Assembly (NCBI GenBank): GCA_951406725.2
Contig: OX597820.1
Span: 13,950,001-14,014,000, forward strand
Length of the DNA stretch: 64,000 nucleotides
From: Octopus vulgaris
Lineage: Eukaryota
Reading direction: 5' to 3'
Below, in pieces: positions 53,529 to 64,000 of this stretch. Both the position numbers and the translations under genes were made by a program. Every line of letters starts with the position of its first letter. Within the stretch, counting starts at the first letter, position 1. A model generated the notes under the pieces. It made no database searches and was not told the DNA's origin. It was given only the letters and a program-made list of their open reading frames with translations.

Positions 53529-53914
53529 GGGCCCAATGAAGAGCCCTTCATAGGAGCTAGCTTAAAAGCTGCCCTATCAGGCATCTTTTAAGCTAGTATA
53601 TAATATATACTGGCCATCCCTCAACATCCACCAACACTACCCAATTTTTACAGTTGTCACCTACTCTCCCCTTTTCTTTTCCTCCCTTATTATCTCTCAG
53701 TAACTGTTCTTCATAGCACTCTTCCTATCACTGATTCCCTATCCTTAACCAACTCCCTCTCTGCCATACACACTTGCATGCTCCACCCACTCACCCATGC
53801 TACCTTTTTTTCTGCCCCCCCTCTCCAATCACTTCTGTGTGGTTTCAGTAATCAATGAAGACCATGATTGGAAAATTTGCAAACAGTTTAGTTGGCTGTT
53901 TCTGTTGTCTTCCT

Positions 53915-54430
53915 AACAATACCACCAGCACCACAACTTCTACCAATACCATCATTGCCACCACTCCTCCATCACCATGACCACGATGACCCCCACCACT
54001 GCCACCATCTATAACACAACTGCTGCCACCACCACTGTCAACACCCCCACCACTGCCACTGCCACCATGACCACCACGACTGATGCCACCACCACCATAA
54101 TCACCATCACCATCACCTTCACCACCACCACCACTGTCATTGCCACTACCACCACCACCAACAACAACAAAGCCACCACCACTACGACTGCTACCACTCT
54201 GCCCCCCACCCATCACCTTCATGACCCCCACCACCACTACTGCCACCATTGCCACTGCCATGACCATCATGGCTGCTGCCACCACCATCACCCCCAACAA
54301 CAAAATCACCCCCACCACCCACACTGCCACCATGACCACCATTTCGATCACCACCATGACTGCTGTCACCGCCCCCCACCACCACAATCACCCTCACCTT
54401 CACCATCACACCACCACCACCACAACCACC

Positions 54431-54462
<32 letters not shown>

Positions 54463-54495
54463 CAACCACAACAACAAGGACTACAACAACAGCCG
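53915..54495. repeat. (CCA/CAA)n low-complexity tract
   Basis: Directly visible. Confidence 0.95.
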
Positions 54496-54787
54496 TAGAT
54501 AAATATGGAATATAAACATTGGGTGAATCTGAAACATGGTGAATCCATAGAAAAGACTCTCTGGATCTCTGCCAAATATTTAATCAATTAATTCTTGTGC
54601 AGCAAATCCTTCACAGAACTCCATTCAAAAATAGATCATCTTTTGAGACAGGAGCTGCACTCCATCAGCACTTTGCCACTCTGCTCCCTTATTCAGAGTG
54701 AAGAGTGGACCAAAGATGGTTGTGGCCTTTGGTGCCGGCCTTGATAAGTCTGCTGTAGCTTGCAGGGAAGGAAAGAAAGTAAAGAGC

Positions 54788-55255
54788 AAATACCTATTTC
54801 TTTACAACCCACAAGGGGCTAAACACAGAGGGGAAAAAAAGGACAGACAAATGGATTAAGTCGATTATATCGACCCCAGTGCATAACTGGTACTTATTTA
54901 ATCAACCCCGGAAGGTTGAAAGGCAAAGTCGACCTCGGCGGAATTTTAACTCAGTACCATCCCATCGTGGCCATTGCCAGCCTCCTCTGACTCCTGTGCC
55001 GGTGACACGTAAAAAGCACCCACTACACTCTCGGAGTGGTTGGTGTTAGGAAGGGCATCCAGCCGTAGAAACATTGCCAGATCAGACTGGGCCTGGTGCA
55101 GCCTTCTGGCTTCCCAGACCCCAGTTGAACCGTCCAACCCATGCTAGCATGGAAAGCAGACACTAAACAATGATGATGATGATGAACGTAACTGCAGATG
55201 AAATACCACTAAGCATTTCGCCCGGCGCGCTAACATTTCTGCCAACTCACCACCT
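54788..55255 (-). mobile_element. SINE family B split by an RTE-tail insertion (54955-55184, plus strand)
   Basis: The SINE sequence aactcag|aacgtaac resumes after the family C tail that ends in (GAT)n. Confidence 0.85.
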
Positions 55256-56109
55256 TAAATACCATCAGCTGAGAGACATTGGTGGTGTTAGGGGTTGCAT
55301 TAAGAGGGGAAATCATCTGCTTGGGATGGTTTTACCTGGCAAACCTTACATCTTCTCCTCCACTTCTACCCCTCTCTTCCTCTCTGCCTCCCCCATGCTT
55401 CTCCTCCACTCTTCTACCTCCTCCTCCACCTCTTTCTCTTTCACCTCCACTCCTCCTCCTCCTCCTCCTCCTCCTCCACTTCTACCCCTCACCTCCTCTC
55501 TGCTTCCCTTCCTCCTCCTCCACTCCTCTACCTCTTTCTCCACCTCTTCCTCTTCCCTAAAGGACTGCATTGTGCTCCAGTGCCCTGCATTGGCCTGGTT
55601 TCCATCACTGGATGCCCTTCCAGTAATACCAACGACTTTACAATGTGTACTGGAGATGCCTTTTGTCATGCCACCAGCCCGAGTGAGATCACTATGCACC
55701 TGGCAAAGCTACAAACCCTGTCTTATATACTTGCACAATTCGTATTCATTTATCAATGTCTTGACAGAACTCTCCAGCCATGACAACCTCAAGCAAATGC
55801 GATATATTGTTGACAGATTGAGTAACAAACGTAGCTTTGACAGAATCATCATCATCATCATTTTTTAATGTCCATTTTCCATGCTGGCATGGGTTGGACG
55901 GTTTGACTGAGGTCTGGAGAGCCAGCGGCTGCACCAGGCTCCAATCTGATCTGGCAATGTTTCTACAGCTGGATGCTCTTCCTAATGCCAACCACTCTGA
56001 GAGTGTAGTGGGTGTCTTTTACGTGCTACTGGTATAGAAGCCAGTCAGGTGGGCCTGGCATCGATCACATTCAGATAGTGCTTTTTATCAATCAAACACT
56101 TTCGATTGG

Positions 56110-56660
56110 GTTAACCATCATTGCTTGGTGGCTGCCCTTAGAGTCACCTGTTCAGGTCCCATAATCAGAGACTGGATCACTTCCATATAAAGCACAAGAG
56201 GTTTGGGTTATACAAAATAGCAACCGATTGGAAATTGTTTTGAATCATATCCTAATCCATCAATGATGCCGTTTCTTATTTCTCTCTGTATGTGTTGACA
56301 AATGAGTCACTGCTGCAGAAACTGGACGTGTTGAGACACGACATTCAAACTGGAATTTAGAACAGTGTTAACACATGTGGACAATATCACCAAATAGTGT
56401 TAGCTACCATGGAAGTTGAGGTCGTCAGTGCTATTTTGAAGGAGTATGAAGGGGTGACAGGAGCAAATATTAACCTTGGTGCTTGTTACCAACCAGTATT
56501 ATTGGAAATTATGCTCCAATGGTGCTTTAGGTTCCTTAGGACCTGGTTTGGAATAGATCTTCAAGTGGATAGGAGCTGGGATGAGATTATGGGTTGCATG
56601 GCTACGACCAGTCTCATTCAAAAAATGAACTTGGTGGAAGCTGACCCTGGAAAGTGATGG
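56110..56660 (+). pseudogene. Decayed L1/Tx1-type LINE reverse-transcriptase fragment
   Basis: LYVLTNESLLQKL...VDNIT (YADD-like)...VSAILKEYEGVTGANIN...TWFGIDLQVDRSWDEI, with frameshifts. Confidence 0.65.
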
Positions 56661-57124
56661 AAGTGGCAAATGTGTACATCATGTTGTGCTGGTGTTGCAT
56701 AATAAGCAGCACCATTGGTGTCACATGGAAAGCGCACAGTCCATTCTGTAAAGTGGTTGATGTTAGGAAGGGCATCAAGCTGTAGACACTATGCCAAAAC
56801 AGACAGGCAAGTGGAGCCTGGTGCTTGCCAGCCCCTGTCAAACCATCTATCCATGCTAGCATGGAAAATGGATGCTGAATGATGATGATGATGATCTCCA
56901 TTATACACACAAATACACACAAACACACACACACATGTTTATACACACACATGTACCTATGCAGTTGTTATAGTCCCTCCTTTCCGTACACAAATGTGTT
57001 GTTTCTAATACATTGAAATGGAAGTCAGCCAATATCATTGAAAGTTTGAAAAGAGAAATACTTTAGAGAAAAACCTGTTAGAGAGGGAAATAGTGGGAGA
57101 GAGTGAAACAGACAAAGAGAGTGT

Positions 57125-57170
<46 letters not shown>

Positions 57171-57327
57171 AAGACAGGGAAAGTGAGAGAAAGAGAGATT
57201 TTCTAATTTCATGATCCATTATAGTCCAAGCTGCAGATATTAACGTTTGTTATGCTAGCTGTTTGTTGTTTCCGACAAATATACATACATGTGTGTGTGT
57301 ATGTACGTATGTATATATATACATATA

Positions 57328-57379
<52 letters not shown>

Positions 57380-57483
57380 CAAACACACACACATTTGATG
57401 ATGATGACTTATAGATATTTACATATATATCTATATGTATGTATACTTAAATATATATATAAATATATATATGTGTATATACT

Positions 57484-57570
<87 letters not shown>

Positions 57571-57802
57571 GGATATATACATACACATATATATATATAT
57601 ATTTATAAATATATTGGTATATTTATAAATATTATATCCATATATATATGTCTACATATATACATTTATTTGTGTGTATGTATATGTATGTGTATATGTA
57701 CAATTATATATATGTATATATACATACATACATACATATATACATACATATCTATATATACATATATACATATATACATATATACATATACATACATATA
57801 TT

Positions 57803-57834
<32 letters not shown>

Positions 57835-57894
57835 TATACATATATATATAAATACATATATACTAGATATACATCTTTATATACACAATAGTGT

Positions 57895-58130
57895 ATCACT
57901 GTATTGATCAAACTATCAGATGTTGTCATACAATGCTTATCACAATGCGCTTCCAACTCTTTCTTGAAAGTTCCATTCTTTTCTATCTTGGTCCAAATCA
58001 TTTCACTAAATCATCTTCTTGTCATTGTAGAGGTCTTCCAAGTGGCCTTCTCGAATCTCTGGGGTACCACTTGCTAAGAGCGTGGATCCGCCTGTTGGCT
58101 GTGAACTTGGCCAACATGTCTTTACTAGTG
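57895..58130 (-). pseudogene. Old RTE-type LINE ORF fragment
   Basis: Minus strand: HV...KWYPRDSRRPLGRPLQ*QEDDL. Confidence 0.55.
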
Positions 58131-58446
58131 GTTACTTATGCTTTCAGTATTTTGCAATTACATCATTTATTTTAAGCACCTGTGCTGGTATTGTATTAAC
58201 ACACCTGTACTGGTGCTGGGGAAATGCACCCATGCCGGTGCCACGTAAATGCACCCATGCAGGTGGCACATAAAAAGCACCCAGCATACTCTGCTAAGTG
58301 GTTGGTTTTAGGAAGGGCAACCAGCAATAAAAACCATGCTACAACAGACATATGGAGTTTGGACAGCTCCCTGCTAGCCAGATCCTTGCCTAACTGTCCA
58401 ACCCATGCCAGCATGAAAAGCAAAAATTAGACAATGATGATGATAT

Positions 58447-58845
<399 letters not shown>

Positions 58846-59224
58846 TGTTCTTCATTTACCTTATTTTGGGTATGTTCTTGCAATGACACATCTGGCATGG
58901 ATCTTTCTGTGGTTCTTTGCATCATAGCCAGCCAATATTCTTCCCACTTCATAGAGTCTCACGTCTCACTTGCATATAAGGGCACCAGTAAGATGGTGTT
59001 ATTGAAGGGATTAACATATAGGGTCTTATCCAGCTTTGCTTTGAACATATCTTTTACTAAATTAAATACCTTCCATCCTGCCCTTATTCTCTGTGTACCC
59101 CAAATAGCATTGATCCTTTATCACTTTGATTTAATTGCTTCCTTCTTCTTTTCAGCCTTGTGGTCCCTTTTTACACTGAATGTATTTTGTTCAAATGCAA
59201 TTCATTTTACTGCTGAGCTATGGG

Positions 59225-59450
59225 AGCCCATCTGTATCAGAATGGTCTACAGCTAATCTGTGGTTTTGGCAATGAACATGATGTCATCTGTGAATTAAAG
59301 TGATATACCATTACGCTTCCCCTAAGAATTATTGCCCCATACACCTCTTGTCTCACCTCTATAACGTGTTTGCAAAGAGCAAACTCATCAGACTATCAAA
59401 ACATTCAATGACCAGCAGCCAAGGGAGCAAGCAGGTTTTCATAAGTATAA
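59225..59450. pseudogene. Rearranged RTE-type reverse-transcriptase fragments on both strands
   Basis: Minus: FTDDIMFIAKT. Plus: NYCPIHLLSHLYNVFAK...DQQPREQAGF. Confidence 0.65.
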
Positions 59451-59509
59451 GGTTGTCTGAAAGACTTCTCACCCCTACCAAAAAGTACAAAGGACAACAG
59501 AGGGACAAT

Positions 59510-59910
59510 ATAATCATCCTTTCTACTCTAGGCACAAGGCCTGACATTTTTGGAGAGGAGACCAGTTAATTACGTTGACCCCAGTGCTTAACTGGTACTT
59601 AATTTATCGACCCCGAAAGGATGAAAGGCAAAGTCAACCCCGGTGGCATTTGAACTCAGAACGTGATGACAGACGAAATACCTATTTCTTTACTACCCAC
59701 AAGGGGCTAAAGACAGAGAGGACAAATGAGGACAGACAAACGGATTAAGTAGATTACATTGACCCCAGTGCATAACTGGTACTTAATTCATTGACCCCGA
59801 AAGGATGAAAGGCAAAGTCAACCCCGGCAGCATTTGAACTCAGAACATGATGACAGACGAAATACCAGTAAGCATTTCGCCCGGCTTGCTAATGATTCTG
59901 CCAGCTCGGA
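59510..59910 (-). mobile_element. SINE family B dimer whose units carry different tails
   Basis: Same junction aaatacctatttctttactaccc (~59677) as the 22378 multimer. Confidence 0.9.
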
Positions 59911-60299
59911 CAACATAATAATATCAGACACATGTAAATGGTTGTATTATATTCACTTCCATTGACACTAACACTGTCACACATTGAGATAGTCTGTATG
60001 AAGACCATCATTTTCGTGGCACAAAATGATGCAGTGCCATGTCTTGTGTGATGTTTTACAAAGCTGTTGGTGTTCATACAGACTTTCTCGATGTGCGACA
60101 ATGTCCGTGTCATTTGAATTCTTCTGAAGAGTCTACTAGAGTAGATGCAAGCGCTAATATATGATTTATAAAAACATGTGACATACTAATAAAAATCTGT
60201 AAATATAAAACCATCCAAATTTCTGAGTACCTTATTTCTTCTAACATACCTTCTAATATTATATATTCTTCTATAATACCTGTACATCACCTCCAAACC

Positions 60300-60340
<41 letters not shown>

Positions 60341-60359
60341 GTACATATATGTATACATG

Positions 60360-60670
60360 CACACATGTAAAAAGCACCATCTGGATGTGGTCGATGCCAG
60401 ATCTGCCTGACTGGCTCCTGTGCTGGTGGCACATAAAAAGCACAAACTGTATGTGGCCGATGCCAGTACCACTTGACTGGCTCCTGTGCCAGTGGCACGT
60501 AAAAAGCACCCACTACACTCTCAGAGTAGTTGGCATTAGGAAGGGCATCCAGCTGTAGAAACACTGTCAGATCAGACCGGAGCCTAGTGCAACCTCCTGG
60601 CTTCCCAGACCCCAGTCGAACTGTCCAATCCATGCCAGCATAGAAAATGGATGTTAAACGATGATGATGA
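60360..60670 (+). mobile_element. RTE 3' UTR fragment (family C); other copies at ~24750, 55560, 55845, 56660, 58175 and 61940
   Basis: Matches the family C consensus with a (GAT)n end. Confidence 0.88.
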
Positions 60671-60895
60671 TATATATACGTGCACACACACACACACACA
60701 TACACGGATGTATACATGATGGGATTCCACACAGTTTCTGTCAAGCAAATTCTCTCAAGAGTCATTGGTTGACCCAGGGCTATAGTAGAAGACACTTGCC
60801 CAAGGTACCACACAGTGAAACTGAACATGAAATCACGTGACTAAAAAACAAACTTCTTAATCACACAGTCAAGCCTACTCCTAGGATATTTTACT

Positions 60896-61097
60896 TTAAC
60901 CCTTTAGCATTTAAACCGGCCATATCCGGCCAAAAATATTCTGCCTGTTTTATGTTCAAACTGGCCAGATCTGGTCTCTCACACCAACCCTACAATATCA
61001 TCTTAAAAATTAACAGCTACCTCATCAAAATCTCATAGCTACAAGATAAGGCATGATTAGTTTAAAAGAATGTGGATAAAAAAGCATTAAAGGGTTA
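60896..61097. mobile_element. piggyBac-like TTAA MITE (family M2)
   Basis: ttaaCCCTTTAgc ... gcatTAAAGGGttaa. Confidence 0.85.
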
Positions 61098-62299
61098 ATA
61101 TATCTATTTGTATTTCCTGGCATGCCATTCCTAATGCCAACCACTGTATAAAGTAGAGTGGGTAGCATTCCAAATGGTGCCAACACCAGAGATACTTTTA
61201 AAAAATGATTTAGACTGTATAATATGGTTATAGATAAAAAATAAAATGAACAAATTGAATCTTGTGTCTTGGGAGGGTTACTTCACCAATAATAAAAACA
61301 GCACATGCACTGATTCAATATCACTTCTTTATTGTTATTCGGTTCATTAAATATCAAAGCAACTAACTAATCAATCATATTTTTTATTGTGTTGGTTAAA
61401 CTAGAATCAATTGTTCGTTTGTCAAAGTCTTTTTGTCACTTACAGAACCTCTTCAATGATGTTCCTTCATTCTTCAAGGTCTGCCTTTAATCAACACATT
61501 AAACAAATGATCAATTACTTAGATATTTAACTAATTGATTAACAAAAAAGAAGTGGAATTGAACCAGTGTGTGTGTGTGTTTATCAACATCATTGGCATA
61601 ATGACCCAACTAAGACACAAGATATGTGTGTGAGTCTGTGTGTGTATATGTATATGTATTTATTGACATATATCCCAAATGGAAACGGATTACCAATATC
61701 TTTAAGTAAAACTCTTGATAATTGCGATGTTTATTTGCATGAAACCAATGGTAGCATTGTAAATCTACAGGTAAAGAGTACATTTATCCAGTGAATGTGC
61801 TGTTGAGCACTCATTCTCATTGTTTGCCACTATTGTATGCACATACACACAGAAACACACATATATACATTACACACACACACACTCATGCACACACACA
61901 CACACACACACACTCACACACACACACACACATACATATGCTAATGCCAGTGCTACCTGATTGGCACCTGTGCTGGTGGCATGTGAAAAGCACTATTTGA
62001 GTGTTGCCAATGCCAGTGCCGCCTGACTGGCACCCATGCTGGTTAGCACGGGAAAAACATACACTACACTCTTGGAGTTGGTTGTCGTTAGGAAGGGTGT
62101 CCAGCTGTAGAAACCTTGCCAGATCAGATTGGTGCCTGGTGCAGCCTCCTGGCTTACCAGTCCTCAGTCAAACCATCCAACCCCTGCCAGCATGGAAAGC
62201 AGATGTTAAAGAGCAACAATGACGAGGACGATGATGATGATGATGATGATATATACACACATAAATATTTGGGTATTTATGGATATCTCTTCGTGTATA

Positions 62300-64000
<1,701 letters not shown>

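Noticed and set aside
61444-61480. Minus-strand exon ending in TCT|GTAAGT (similar candidates at ~23544-23577 plus and ~63016 plus)
   Set aside because: Only one good splice site each and no recognisable peptide; expected by chance in 64 kb.

Overview
AT-rich, microsatellite-saturated animal genomic DNA. The repeat repertoire (tRNA-headed SINEs, RTE/CR1/Tx1 LINE fragments, TTAA MITEs, long (TA)n/(CA)n/(TATC)n tracts) looks most like an octopus/cephalopod intergenic or large-intron region; this is inferred from pattern recognition, not from a search. I cannot support any intact protein-coding gene. Almost every ORF in the track is a translation of simple repeats, and the recognisable protein fragments are decayed transposon genes (mariner, Tc1-like and hAT transposases; LINE ORF1 zinc knuckle; RT pieces). 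The most notable signal is at least a dozen minimal type I hammerhead-ribozyme motifs (CTGANGA...GAAAC-palindrome-GTH). Several are arranged as inverted pairs next to (TA)n tracts, and one is joined to a tRNA-like Pol III head (58447-58845, minus strand), forming a candidate ribozyme-bearing SINE. Other findings: a 337-bp tandem duplication that conserves only TF-site-like blocks (4805-5545), a hAT element whose left end is amplified 7 times, a nested TTAA-MITE array, SINE multimers sharing one junction at three loci, and candidate minus-strand splice features (an 11-nt microexon and an AG/GTAAGT site). All coordinates were counted by eye.
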